Shown: positions 27,761 through 40,809, counted from the first letter of the stretch. The stretch: 64,000 nt of DNA from Camelus dromedarius (GCF_036321535.1 NC_087437.1:114702001-114766000); one strand, 5' to 3'. The notes: generated by a model not told the origin, from the sequence alone. Numbers and translations are program-made.

Positions 27761-29034
27761 TGCTATGTGTGTGTGTGTGTTGGCTGTTCAAGGGTGTTTT
27801 TCTTTCCAGCTAATTACACGTTCTAGAGATGAGACTTAAGAATAGTTGAAAATAATGCTTGTGCTTAATTATCCCAAAAGCCACTGTTTAGATTTATTAT
27901 TTCCTACTGGTGCCTTCTTTGCTTTGTTCCTCTGGGACTCAGTTTGGAGTTGGTGTATAGGATGAATTCATTAAATGAATTGACATTGACATTGGAATTT
28001 ATTGACATAAAATTGACATTCCTGTCCACATGTGAAATCAAAGTATTATGATATGGACCAAAATACCTCATTTCTAATTCCATACTTCACATCTAACAAA
28101 TGAATAAAATAGAGGCAAACTAAGGGTTTCGAGTGTTGATTAATCATTTTCTCCCTTGGTACCAGAGATTTTTACACCCCAAGGTCATGCCCCATAGAAA
28201 GATTGAGAATCGTTGAGGAATACGACATTCTTTTTTAAATGGGGGGATGATAGTTGTGTAAGGGGAGGAATTGGGACAGGAAGATCTTCCCAAGGGCTGA
28301 CCTCAGGTAAAATCTCAGATAAACGAATTTGAAAAAAGTTTTCTTGTGCAGTGTGAAGTTTTGGAAATTGATTTTCATTGTAAAAGCTCTTTGTTTTTAG
28401 AAAATCTCAATTACTTATACTCCATTATTACATAATGTATGCCATATTACATGTTTGTATACCATAGAAAGTCCAAATTACATAAACTCCAGTTTGAAGA
28501 CCACTCTTCTACCGAATACCATTTCTCACATGTGTACTCTAAACACATGCTTGGGAATTGTCTAAAATCAAGGGTGAACAGAGAAAAGTAGACCTCTTTC
28601 TGACACCTTGTGGCAGCAGCTGAACAATACAAAGACAGCTGGTTCAATTTATAATCTTATCAAATTTCTAGGGCTCTTCACAGGAAACACTTAAAGTGCC
28701 TCCTTTTTCCCCTTAAATATGAGATAATCTGTTCAAAATGAACACAAAAATGTCCTCATTCCATGGAGATACTCCATATTGAAATCTTCAAGCCTCAGCC
28801 TTTTCAAACCATTCTGTACACTTTTATACATTTGATGTCTATATTACTCAGAAATTTAGTTTCCTATAGCATGAGGTTGATTGACATAGTCTTCCATACT
28901 GTATTACCATGTAAAATCAGACATAAAATGGAGATCAAGAAGTTTCGTTGCATTTGAACTGTTGTTTGACATTGTTTGAAGGCTTTATAGATATGTGATT
29001 CCACTGCCACAAGTTCAACTATAATGAAGTTGGA

Positions 29035-29398
29035 GAGACCATGAGAAAAGTCCATTGATTAATAAGCAAAGCTAAGTTTATTAACTCTAATGCACTAAAG
29101 GAGAAAACACCTCTTTGACAAAGTCTTAGTTTTATCTCATGGTAATTTTGAGGTCGGGCTTCCAGGGTGGATAGCATTGGGGCTGGGCACTGTATGATAT
29201 GGCTCTGGACTGATAGACACAAGGAGGCAAAGGTTTTGCAGCAAATCTTGATGAGAAACTGTTTAGTTGATTTACAGCCATATCTTCCAGGAATCTAAGC
29301 TAGGTTATATCTTCCAGGTATATCCTGAGGCAAACAGCTAAGTTTTGCTTGGTCTCTGTTACTACTGAAACAGAAAGTCATTTTGGCTTCTTTTCTCA
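29035..29398 (-). mobile_element. Possible LTR remnant just upstream of MORC3 exon 2
   Basis: Antisense AATAAA (AAGTTTATT at ~29077) and a terminal ...TTTTCTCA. Family not identified. Confidence 0.35.
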
Positions 29399-29444
29399 AA
29401 ATTAAGACCTTAATTAATTTATGTGAATCATTGATTTGTTTCAG

Positions 29445-29517
29445 CTTTGCCCGAAGTTTTTACATACAAATTCTACTAGTCACACTTGGCCATTTAGTGC
29501 GGTTGCTGAATTAATAG
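29445..29517 (+). CDS. MORC3: MORC3 exon 2 ([24 protein letters not shown])
   Basis: tttcag| and |gtatgt. Start of GHKL motif I. Confidence 0.96.
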
Positions 29518-31304
29518 GTATGTAAAATGATGTTTCATATCTAATCTGTTGCTTGCAAATTGAAGTTCTAAAAAGTTTTTATTGAAAAGTGTTATGCAGA
29601 TGTGCTTTTTTAAAAAGCCAAATGTATCTCAGTGATAACATTGGTAAAGCTTACCTAGTGTAACAACTGTTCAAGTGGATGTCAAATTAATCACTGCTCA
29701 GCCTTCCCTATACTATTATCAAATTATTTCCCTGTACTCCTATCAAATCAAAGTATTTTAATTTGCGAAGTTCATATGGCTTTTATGTTGAAAATATTTT
29801 TATTCTGATTATAAAAGAAATAGGACTGTTGCCAGAAAGTTAGAGTTATATATTTTTTTAATAGTTGGAAAGTATTTATAATGGTGGATTCATTTTTCTG
29901 TTGTTAGTAAATAGAAGGATTAATGTTATATGTTAGATTTGTGATAATTTCTTGGTTTTTCCAATAGATAGAATGATCAAGATATAAGATTGTATTTAAA
30001 AATGTTTTAATGAACATGAGAAAAGCAAGATTGTGATCGGATTTGCATTATAGGTCATGATTTTTTCTTAATTAAATTGATATACATGAATTTTAAAATT
30101 TAAGCCTGTTTGAGAAACAGATAATAAAGGAAAACTATATCCTCAGGAATTCTTAGATATAGATTCTATATCAAAGAAGGGTCCTATGTTGGATGTGTAA
30201 GAAAAGGAAAGAAAATTTCAGGACCCTTCTTTTCTTCGATATAGCTAGATATTCTAAAGTCTCACAGCTAACGTGTGCTGTTCACATGTAAACTCTGAAG
30301 TGCACATTAAATAACGTTGCAGCTTTTCATGTTCATTCTTTTTTATGGCAACCTGGAGGAGCTCCTCAGCCTGGGATTGTTCATTCATACATAGTGCTTC
30401 TCTAGCTTTGGATTAGAGCAACTGAAAGTCATGGTGCTCTTTGTGGTGTATCAAATTTTAAGCTTTTTTTATGAAGTTAAAGTGATTGATGAAAGGTTAT
30501 TTGATTTTAATTGTGGTCTTATGGAAGGATAATTTGGGAATCATTGTGTTATAATAAAGACTTCAAAATATGTCTCAAGAAGTATTTTTAGTCAGTTAGG
30601 GATATTCAGATCTTAGTTCACAAGTTGATTTTATTACTATTAGCTATTGCTGAACTTTTGTTTGTTTGTTTTTCTGTCATATATTCCTTCATACTTAACC
30701 TATTCTGAGAGAAACAAGTATGCTAGGCAAGGGTGTTAAATGTGAAGGGGTACAAAGATGAGAGAAATGTACAAGCCATCAGAAACTTTTGTTGGATTGA
30801 AAAGGGCCACAATTTGAAGAACTGTATATAGAAGGCAAACCTGCATCTGTGTACGTAGATGAGCATACTTTTTCCCCATTTATTCAGTAACCACATTGTG
30901 GACCTTCCATGTCAACTTGTAGTGCTATTGACACCCAGCTCTCAGTTTCCCTTATGATAGCTAGGCTAGTTCTTCGGGCAGAAGAAGACCTTCCTGTCTT
31001 GTTCATCTGTTTAGTGCAGTGATACTTCTTGCTTTACACTTTTTCAGTGTAGTGGGTACCAGCTTGGCTCTCTATATAACAAATGGAGGGCTTTGGATAG
31101 AATTAATTCTGTAATAGTCAATGAATGATATATGGCACAGTACAGTTTAGATTTCATGTTGTAAAGTCTTAGGAATTCCTAAACATTTCAACTTCCAAAA
31201 TTTCCTTAAAACACATTGTCCTGTTTCTTGTTAAAGGATTGTTCAGAACTAACTGCTCTTCTTTAAATGCAAAATCAAAATTTCTCAAAACTTCTGGTTC
31301 CCAG

Positions 31305-31437
31305 ATAATGCTTACGATCCTGATGTGAATGCTAAACAGATATGGATTGACAAAACAGTGATAAATGACCATATATGCCTGACATTCACTGATAATGGGA
31401 ATGGTATGACCTCAGACAAATTACATAAAATGCTAAG
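31305..31437 (+). CDS. MORC3: MORC3 exon 3 (DNAYDPDV...[15 protein letters not shown])
   Basis: ttcccag| and |gtatgt. GHKL motifs I and II. Confidence 0.96.
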
Positions 31438-32346
31438 GTATGTAAAAGTGTCACACTTGATAAAATCATTTGCTTTTACCTTGTTCAGGTGTTTCATGTG
31501 TCATACGTATTGCCTGTAGTTATCTTTTAAACATAAAATGTATACCTGGTATGCTCTATTCTCTAAGTCTTCTGTCATTTTCTACTGCTGTTAGATTATT
31601 AGGCAATCCCTGTCATTCTCATCACCCCTCCCCATGTCTGACTTACCTAAAATTCCACTGTTCCTTTAGAGTTGTAGCACATTAACATCAATTATTTATG
31701 CTTTTGTGGAATTAGTTTGAACTAATGAAACATAATACTTTGGGGAAGGGGGACTGGTAATTTTTGAATGAGTCAGAGGATGAGGAAGTAGCATAGGCAT
31801 AGGCCTTGGACTCTAGAGTCACAGAACAGAATGTCAGGATGAAGCCAAATGTGCCTGAAATGGAACCTGAGATACTGGTACAGGTACAGGGTAGAAGGAG
31901 GATTTGGCAGCAGAGACCTTTCTCCTGTCCCTCAAATGCTCCTTATACTGCCAAACAGTCACATTGACTCCATCGGTAATCATAGTACAGCAGGCTTGCT
32001 GAGAATAAGAGAATCATTCACACTTAGAGGAAGAGACTTCGTGGGGTGTCATCTCAAGATCACAGGAGCCTAAATTATAATTCGGCCATTTAGCCAGGAT
32101 GTGCCAGGCAATGAGCTCCTGTTCATTATGTGCAGTCCTTGCATCCCTGTGATGTGGATTTGGTTTCCTTCATTTCAGAGATGGGAAAACAGATTAAGAC
32201 AGATTGATTAAAAGTAATTTACCCAAGATTATACAACTAGGAAGGATGAGGCCAGCATTCAAATTTAGGCTTGTTACTTGATATTACAGCTTTTGAATTG
32301 AAATAAATGAAGTTTATACCTATTATTTAATTTTTTTTCTTTTTAG

Positions 32347-32561
32347 CTTTGGCTTCAGTGACAAAGTCACCATGAATGGTCACGTCCCAGTTGGATTGTA
32401 TGGGAATGGCTTCAAGTCAGGTTCTATGCGTTTGGGTAAAGATGCAATTGTTTTTACCAAAAATGGAGAAAGCATGAGCGTGGGCTTCTTGTCTCAGACC
32501 TACTTGGAAGTCATAAAAGCAGAACATGTTGTTGTCCCAATAGTGGCATTCAACAAAAACC
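32347..32561 (+). CDS. MORC3: MORC3 exon 4 (FGFSDK...[15 protein letters not shown]...VAFNKN)
   Basis: ttttag| acceptor. Ends at the U12-type donor |ATATCCTTTT. Confidence 0.94.
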
Positions 32562-33122
32562 ATATCCTTTTGATTTCGAAATTGAAACTCTGAAGAAATA
32601 TTATGAACCATTCCATCCTTTGCCCTCCCCTCCAGATTCTTGTTTTTCAATCACGCTTTCCATTCTAGCTCTTGTTCCTATCCACTGCCTCTGCCCTACA
32701 TCTGAGGCTAAACATTTATTCTTTTCTGTTCTCTGTTGGAATTGTGCCATGGAAATCCTTAACATAAAGTGATCGCATTTTATGTTGAGCTTCCCGTAGC
32801 TCTCTTCTTCATTTCAGTCTTACCGTGGTCTATTAAGACTTAACGATCTGACTCGAAATTTTCTTCAACAACCATGAAAAGCAAGATATCTTTAGGAAAA
32901 TGTCTTCTGTATAAACACATTCAAATACTGGAAATCATTAAATTAGTTAAGAATAATAATAGGCTTGCTCATATTTTATTCTTCTTGGTGTTCAGTTGAA
33001 GTCAGACTATCATTGTAAAACTTAGAAAATAGTTTAGGAAATGATTTTTCTGTTTGTGTTGGTTTCCATATTGTAATTGTGAAAAGTATGTCATTGGTCT
33101 AAGTCTTTAACTTAGGATATAC
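32562..33122 (+). other. MORC3: U12-type (minor spliceosome) AT-AC intron 4 of MORC3
   Basis: 5' end ATATCCTTTT, branch-like TCTTTAAC at 33104-33111, 3' end ...ATATAC|. These boundaries give the in-frame junction C|GA (Arg). Confidence 0.93.
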
Positions 33123-33270
33123 GACAGATAATTAATTCGACAGAATCAAAAGCAAGCCTTGCTGCAATTCTGGAACATTCTCTGTTTTCTACGGAACAGA
33201 AATTACTGGCAGAACTCGATGCTATCATTGGTAAGAAGGGGACAAGGATCATTATTTGGAATCTCAGAAG
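33123..33270 (+). CDS. MORC3: MORC3 exon 5 ([20 protein letters not shown]...[10 protein letters not shown])
   Basis: Follows the AC acceptor, donor |gtaaat. Confidence 0.94.
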
Positions 33271-33629
33271 GTAAATGTTCAGCTAATTGTTAACCATTTG
33301 GGAAGTAAAGTGCATGTGTGGGAACGACTTCGTTACATCCATCCATTGTTACACAGAGTAGAAACATCGGATGGTCCTCATTTTATGGCATAGTTAATGA
33401 AAGTAATACAGATGAGACTTCTGTGTTCCTAAGTCCTTGTGAGGATAAAATCCTTTGCAAATAAGGTTTTAAAATTTAGGATGAATGTGATATTGTGAAA
33501 TCTAAGAAATATTAAACCATAGGAATAAACTACAAATAGTGATGTCTAAAATTCTTTAATTCTTGTGCTTTTCTGAGCTTCTGTATTCTTTTTCTTTTGT
33601 CTTTTTTCATTTGTCTCCCCTCCCCCCAC

Positions 33630-34280
33630 CCCATTTTTAAAAATTTTTTGAGATAATTGTAGATTCATGTGTAGTTATAAGAAATACTAGATCTCATGTA
33701 CCCTTTACCCATTTTCCCCCAGTGGTAACATCTTGGAACACTGTAGTACAGTAGTACTATTGATATTGACATTGGTACAGTCAAGATACAGGACGTTTTC
33801 GTCACTACAGAGATCCCTTTTCTGTCCATATCCACTCCTTAATCCCTGGCAACCTCTAACATGTCCATTTCTGTAACTTTGTCATTTTAAGTATATTATA
33901 TAACTGGAATCATACAGTGTGAAACCTTTTGGGATTAGGTTTTTTTCATTTAGCATAATTCTCTTCAGATTCATCCAGGTTCTTGTGTTTGTTCATTTGT
34001 TTTCCTTTTTCTTGCTGAGTGATACTGCATTGTATGGATGGACCACAGTGTGTTTACCAGTCATCTGTTAAAGGATATCTGCATTGTTTACAATTTTCAG
34101 TTATTACAAATAAAGCTATAAAATATGTGCATACAGGTTTTTGTGGAAATACGATTATATTTCTAGGATAAATGCCCAAGAGTGTAAAATTGTTGGGTCA
34201 CATGATAGTTGCATGTTTAGTTTTTTAAGAAACAGTCAGAAAGTGCTTCTACCACTTGACATTCCCACCAGCAGTGTGGG
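33630..34280 (-). mobile_element. Old L1 3' UTR fragment in MORC3 intron 5
   Basis: GAGATAATTGTAGATTCA...TTCACTTAGCATAAT-like phrases...ACATTCCCACCAGCAGTGT. Confidence 0.8.
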
Positions 34281-34309
34281 TGAATACACTTTTTCTGTAC
34301 CTTCCTGGA

Positions 34310-34395
34310 TTCCTTTTCTCTTCTCTTCGCTTCTTTTTTTTTCCTTTTCTTTTTTCCTTCTTTCTCTCTTTTTTTCCCCCTTGCTTTTGTTCCCC
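34310..34395 (+). repeat. C/T-rich low-complexity tract
   Basis: Directly visible in the sequence. Confidence 0.85.
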
Positions 34396-34540
34396 CAACT
34401 ACCCTGACCATGACTCCAAGCTAATGAAAAAGTTGGATGTCAATTAACAGTAAGGTTTATATCTTTGTTAACTAATAGTTATTTGCTTGCTTATGGTGAA
34501 GTTAAAATTTAGCTCTTTTAAAAAATTATTATTTTTATAG

Positions 34541-34688
34541 CTACAAAAGTGCAACAGAGTTTGATTTTGATAAGGATAAATATGACATCAGGATTCCAGA
34601 AGATTTAGATGAGACAGCAGGAAAGAAAGGGTACAAGAAGCAAGAAAGGATGGACCAAATTGCCCCTGAGAGTGACTATTCCCTAAGG
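34541..34688 (+). CDS. MORC3: MORC3 exon 6 ([21 protein letters not shown]...ESDYSLR)
   Basis: ttttatag| and |gtatgt. Confidence 0.96.
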
Positions 34689-36333
34689 GTATGTATTCCA
34701 CTCTCTTTGTGGGAATGAGGAAATCATCAAATAATGGAAATTATGTTACCCACTTGTGTTATAAATGCTGCCAGCAGTCTCTAAGTGAAAGTATCTCAGA
34801 CATGAACCCATTTATTAAATTTGTCATGTGTGCACTGGTTGTTTTATTTACTTAGAAACCAGTTTTTTAATTGCAAAGTTATCAGGTCTAACAGTGCTTA
34901 TAAAAGTTCTTTCATGATGTGGTTAATTATTTGAATTGGAAATACTAGAATCAGTATATATCCTGTGATGGCCATATTGATTAATTCAATCAAAACGTAA
35001 AGTTACTCTAGATAAAAAATTCAGAGTATGTCTCTTTTTTAAAATTTAAAATATTCTAGAATCTATACATACACACACATTAATTGCTATCTTAAAGCAA
35101 TAAATTATGTATAGCCTACAAATAATGTACGTTAATATAATTTTGTGATAAATATCTCTGAGATTTGACCTTAGAGATGGGCATGTTTTTAAGATTGAAG
35201 ACAGTAAGATCTCAGTGTGATAATGTTGATATGATAATAACATTGTCACTATGATGACATACACTAACTTTTCCCCTTTTTTGTGCTGAAATTTTTTCAT
35301 AACTCCAAGTTGAGGATACATTTGACATTTACAAGTTTCCTAAGTAACTTCTTCTGAGATGCTAGCAATTAAGTGGCAGGTATTACTATTCCATTATATA
35401 CCCCCGTTTGTTGGTGAAGTATGTCCTAGTTGTTAAGGAAATCTTGCTCAAGAATATCCAGAGGCGTCTAGAGCAGATGGTGTAGTTTTAGTATAGCATG
35501 ACATAAAATGTTTTGAAATATCATTAATGAATTTTGTAAATGACAGAACCACTAATTTTGAAATCAGAAGTTAGGGGGGAAGAAAAGTAAGAGATACGTA
35601 CAAATTTTAGTTTTGTGTTGAAATTTCTGTCTATCCTTATTGAGTTACTCAATTCATCTCCTTCAGAGACTTCTGATAGCTTGGAGGCAGGCACAGAAGA
35701 GCATATTTTAACATGTTTTAGGATGCAGAGTTTGGTCGAGATTCTAAAGTATCTAAACCTTCATTCATTAAGAATTAAAAACACATTTAGATGACTGCTG
35801 ATTGTTACAGCTCAGCTTTGAAAAAGTGCTGTTCTGCTTAAATGTTGGTGCATTATTTATGATTTTTTTTCCTTTGGAAGCTTATAATAGTCCCTTATGT
35901 TCATATTAGATTTTGCTTATTTTTCCCCAAATAAAATTTATTGATGCTTTTAAAATTGTAATAGCAGTATATGTACTTGACAGAAGAGTCAAAATATAGT
36001 ACTTTTTATTATACACAGAAACATTTTTTTAAAATTAAAATGAGATCATACCATACATGCTTGTTTTGTAAGTTTTTTTCACTTAACATAACATCTATGT
36101 AGGTCAGTAGATTGTTTTCTGCAAATCATTTTTACTGGCTCTGGTAGATTGAGTTTATTTTTAATAAAAACTATTCAGATATTAACTAATACACCTTTAT
36201 AGTATTTTATTGTCTAGTTAATTGGTCCTTTATCCAAGCAAGGTTGTAGCTTTCTTTTCAAATACATGTGTATGTTGAACAAATCCACAGATAATTATTT
36301 GGAAAGGACAGATATTGTTGTGTGTCTTTGCAG

Positions 36334-36462
36334 GCTTACTGCAGTATATTATATCTAAAGCCAAGAATGCAGATCATCTTACGTGGACAGAAAGTGAAGA
36401 CCCAGCTAGTTTCGAAGAGTCTTGCCTACATTGAACGTGATATTTATCGACCCAAATTTTTA
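36334..36462 (+). CDS. MORC3: MORC3 exon 7 ([13 protein letters not shown]...IYRPKFL)
   Basis: tttgcag| acceptor. Ends at the U12-type donor |GTATCCTTTT. Confidence 0.95.
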
Positions 36463-36660
36463 GTATCCTTTTTATGATGCTATATAGAAATAGATGTCAA
36501 TCAAGTATATTTCCCTTCCCCCTTTCTCCTTTTATCCTGATATAGAATCTAATCCTTTCTACCTTTGCCCTTTTTTAATGCAGCTTTGGACTCAAATAAT
36601 GAAATAGAGTGATTTGAAGGGAGTGAGGTGGTGTGTTCAGAATTTTCCTTAACATTTAAG
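36463..36660 (+). other. MORC3: U12-type GT-AG intron 7 of MORC3
   Basis: 5' end GTATCCTTTT, consensus branch site TTTTCCTTAAC at 36643-36653, no polypyrimidine tract before AAG|. Confidence 0.93.
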
Positions 36661-36783
36661 ACTAATAAAACAGTGAGAATTACTTTTGGATTCAACTGCA
36701 GAAATAAAGATCATTATGGGATAATGATGTATCACAGAAATAGGCTCATCAAAGCTTATGAAAAAGTTGGATGTCAATTAAGG
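36661..36783 (+). CDS. MORC3: MORC3 exon 8 ([16 protein letters not shown]...YEKVGCQLR)
   Basis: In frame with exons 7 and 9, donor |gtaagc. Confidence 0.93.
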
Positions 36784-37569
36784 GTAAGCTTTATATCTTG
36801 AAAATGTCTGTAGCTTTTATAAAAGTTAGGATAACATGTTACTGGGCAAAATGTGTTTAAATGTCAGTGTTTTTAATAACATTGGTATGGAACCTGAACT
36901 TAAAATACTTTTATACTAATTTTTCATTTGGTCTTGAATAATCTGATGAGGAGGTCAGAATATTTTATCTCTGTTTTACAAATGAGGAAATTAGGGCTAA
37001 TAAGTTTGGTAACTTGCTCCAGACCTAGCAATGAGTGTGGATCTCAGGCACAGGTGCACATCTTTTCACTACGTTTAAATAAGGATCCTTGATTATTTCG
37101 TGCTGGAATGAAATTGGTTCGTTTTAAGTAGTGTTGACTCAGTAGCCTAAGAAATAATACCAGATAGGTGATTTGCTTTCCTGGGTTAGTTCTGAATATG
37201 TTAGAGTGTTCATTCTAAACCACTCCCGTTATTGTGGGATTCAGTTTAGGATGACGAACATTGCCCACTGTATCAGTTTATCCTTTACACAGAAAGGTTT
37301 TTTTTTTTGGTATGTGTGTGTTAAGAATTTAGTGATAAATTCTGGAATTGATCTTTGTTAAAAGTTTTAAGTCTAGACATATTTTGTTTTCCAATTCTAT
37401 GATTTTCATTTTCTATTCATTTTATTTCATTCTAAATTTTTTGTAGAACGATAAGTGCTCTACACAGTATAATAGTGTGGGTGTATCTTGAATATTATTC
37501 AACAGGGGTTATAACTCTGTCTTACACATTTTATGTGTTACGAGCCCAGAATATATAGCATTCTTACAA

Positions 37570-38216
37570 GAGTAAATAAATAGAACTCCCATATGATCCA
37601 GCAGTTCCACTTCTGGGTGTATATATCCAAAGAAAATAAAAACAGTATCCCAATGTTCATAGCAGCATTATTTACAATGGCCAAAATATGGAAGCAACCT
37701 AAGTGTCCATCAGCAGATGAATGGATAACAGTGTGGGTATGTACACACACACACACACACATACACACACATGGTGGAATATTACTTAGTCATAAAAAAG
37801 AATGAAATTTTGCCATTTGCGATTAACACAGATGGACCTGGAGGGTATTATGCTCAGTGAATTATGTCAGACAGAAAAAGACAGATACTTTTTGTTATAT
37901 ATATATGTAATCTGAAATAAAACAAGTAAATGAATATAACAAAATAGAAATAGACTCACAGATAAGGAGAACAAACTAGTGGTTACCAGTGGGGATGAGG
38001 TTTGGTTGAGGAATAGGGGTAGGGGATTAAGAGGTACAAACTACTATGTGTAAAATTAATAAACAATAAGGATATATTGTACAGCACAGGGATTTTATAT
38101 TTTATAATATTTTGTAATAACATTAGATGGAGTACAGTCCATAAAAATATTGAATCACTGTGTTGCATACCTGAAACTAATATAATATTATAAATCAACT
38201 GTACTTCAATTAAAGA
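37570..38216 (+). mobile_element. L1 3' end
   Basis: ORF MFIAALFTMAKIWKQPKCPSADEWI is the L1 ORF2 C-terminus. 3' UTR runs to AAATCAACTGTACTTCAATTAAA. Confidence 0.9.
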
Positions 38217-38609
38217 AAAATAGTAAATGAGCTTTGGGCTCTTCTTTTTAGTTGCTAATTTCAATCAAAAAATAAATCCAGAAATCTGACACCCATGATA
38301 TGAGCTATCAGTAACTTTTATTTAAAGTTCTAATTTTCATTTGTAATTGGACTAGTAAATTTTGCCAGAAATACTCTATAATTAAAGTTCTGAATTTCAC
38401 TGGTCATTGGAAATGCATTTTTGCTAATAGACCTTATTTTTTCAATGCTTTGAGATTCAAAAGAAACAGTGTGTCTGCTATAGAATATGAAATTTTTTTA
38501 ATGAATTTGACTTCAGTAAGATACATCGCTCATTTTTCCAACCCAGTTAAATTTGCGTTATAGATAATTTCTAGTTTAAATTTGACTTTGTTATAGCCAA
38601 CTTTTTTCC

Positions 38610-39200
38610 TTTTTTAATTGTGTGCTTAATTTACAATGTTGTTAGTTTCTGGTGTACAGCAAATGTTTCAGTTATACATATATATATAATCTGTTCTTTT
38701 TGAGATTCTTTTCCATTATAGGTGATTACAAGATATTAAATACAATTCCTTGTGCTATACCGTAGGACCTTGTTGTTTATTTTGTATGTAGTAGTGTATA
38801 TTTGTTAACCCCAACTCCTAATTTATCTCTTCCCCCATCTCCATTGGTAACTATAAGTTTGTTTTCTATGTCTGTGAGTCTATTTCTGTTTTGTAAATAT
38901 TGATTTTTCCAACCCAAGAAGTTCATTTGTGTCATTTTTTTAGATGCCACGTATAAGTGATACCCTATAATATTTGTCTTTCTCTGTCTGACTTACTTCA
39001 TTTAGTATGATCATCTCTAGGTCTATCCATGTTGCTGCAAATGGCATTATTTCATTCCTTTTAATGGCTGAGTAATAATCCGTTTGTGTGTATGTACACC
39101 CCCACACATTTATCCATTCATGTGTTGATAGACATTTAGGTTGCTTCCGTGTCTTGGCTATTGTAAATAGTACTGCTGTGAACATTGGGGTGCATATGTG
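38610..39200 (-). mobile_element. L1 3' end
   Basis: Minus-strand ORF CTPMFTAVLFTIAKTRKQPKC...MPFAATWIDLE. Confidence 0.9.
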
Positions 39201-39530
39201 GCTTCCAAATTGTATGAAATGAAGAACCACTGATAGTTTTTAGTAGAGTAGCATTATGATTAGGTTTGTGTTTTTTTCTGTAGGTGTAGCTGTGAAAATT
39301 TTCATTTCATAAGTTAATATTTCATTTTTTCTCTTTGTATATCAGTTCAGTTACAGTTGTGAACAAAATACATGTTAATCACATGTAGATAATCAGAATA
39401 TGACTATGTACTTTGAGTTCAATGTTTTAGCTAACAGATTTTAAAAATTAATTCAGCCGACCTAGGTTTTTATTTTATCACAATTTGCAACTGTATGTAT
39501 AACTTCGGATAGACAACTTTAATTTTTTTA

Positions 39531-39689
39531 AAGAATTTCTTTTGTTTGTTTTTTATTTTGTTTTTATTTTTAATTTTTGGGGGGAGGTAATTAGGTTTAT
39601 TTATTTATTTAATAGAGGTTCTGGGGTTTGAACCTAAGACCTCCTGCATGCTAAGTGTTCACTCTACCCACTGAGTGATACCCTCCCTC
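39531..39689 (-). mobile_element. tRNA-Ala-derived SINE (long-tail form)
   Basis: Reverse complement of the same consensus. Flanking ACTTTAATTTTT repeats at 39516 and 39704. Confidence 0.87.
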
Positions 39690-40104
39690 TGATGACTTTG
39701 ATGACTTTAATTTTTATCTAGCAAACTTGTGAAATATTATGTGCCAAAGCTTCTGCTACACTGTGGATGTTGGGAAGAGTTAGTTGTGGTTTCCACTGTC
39801 TAAGAACTTGCATCCCAGTAGAGGTGGTTCTTTTTCTCTTGTACAGAATTGGGAATGATAATAACTGTCTTGAATGAATACCTAACAACAGTGGAAGTGG
39901 TTTTGGAGGAAGACTTTTATGTATTTAGGAATTACCTCCCAGAAAAGTAAATTACCTACCAGACACTGCTTTTCTAAATGCCATGAGAATCATGAGATAG
40001 AATATAGGAAAATGTTTTGTGCAGATCTTAAATCTTTGTGAAGGGGTCATTGTTTTGAGCATCATGCCTTACGTTTAAAATGCCAGTTTCATTTTATTTT
40101 TCAG

Positions 40105-40202
40105 GCAAACAACATGGGTGTTGGAGTAGTGGGAATTATAGACTGTTATTTCCTAAAGCCAACTCACAATAAACAAGATTTTGATTATACGAATGAATAC
40201 AG
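40105..40202 (+). CDS. MORC3: MORC3 exon 9 ([32 protein letters not shown])
   Basis: ttttcag| and |gtatgt. Contains the MORC-conserved PTHNKQDF motif. Confidence 0.96.
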
Positions 40203-40809
40203 GTATGTTACCTATTTAAATTATTGAGTTTTTATAATTTATTTTGGAAATACTTTCATAACTTTTTCTAAGCTGAATTTCTTTCTATTTTAAGGGAGCT
40301 TGCATAGAAAACACATTTAGTCATCTTCTTCCAACCTAGGGATTATATTCTACTCCATCACAAATAGAAGTACATTCTCTTCTGTCTTTATTGATGAAGT
40401 ATTTCTGAGATTTGTAGAAAATAGAGGAAGTTTCTGCTTTTTTGGTAGCAACATTTTTTTGTGTGATATCCAGAAACTTTGATCTTAGATGGGAACTTGA
40501 AGATAATTTAATCCTATGTTCTTTAGACAGAAATACTCATATCTTTTAAGAGTGGTCAGAAACCATAAAATAAATATGATTATCAGTTTTACCTGTAAAT
40601 TTAGGAAGGACAAACCGTTGTCCTTATGAGTACATATTGTGAAATAGAGTGCAAACTTCATATAAATATTTGTGGTAAAGACAAAGATAAATGCTATAGG
40701 CTCTTCAAGTAAAGAACAATTAAAGTGGAAGGAGGGAAATGATAAAGGTAAGAGCAAAATCAGCAAGTTAGGAAACACAATAGAGAAAAATCAATAAATA
40801 TGTCATTCA

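Noticed and set aside
27979..28020. Four ATTGACAT motifs within about 40 bp
   Set aside because: Most simply explained by slippage in AT-rich sequence, with no other support.
37570..39200. Inverted pair of L1 3' ends as a structured RNA element
   Set aside because: These are two independent, diverged L1 insertions. Limited dsRNA pairing is possible, but there is no specific evidence of function.
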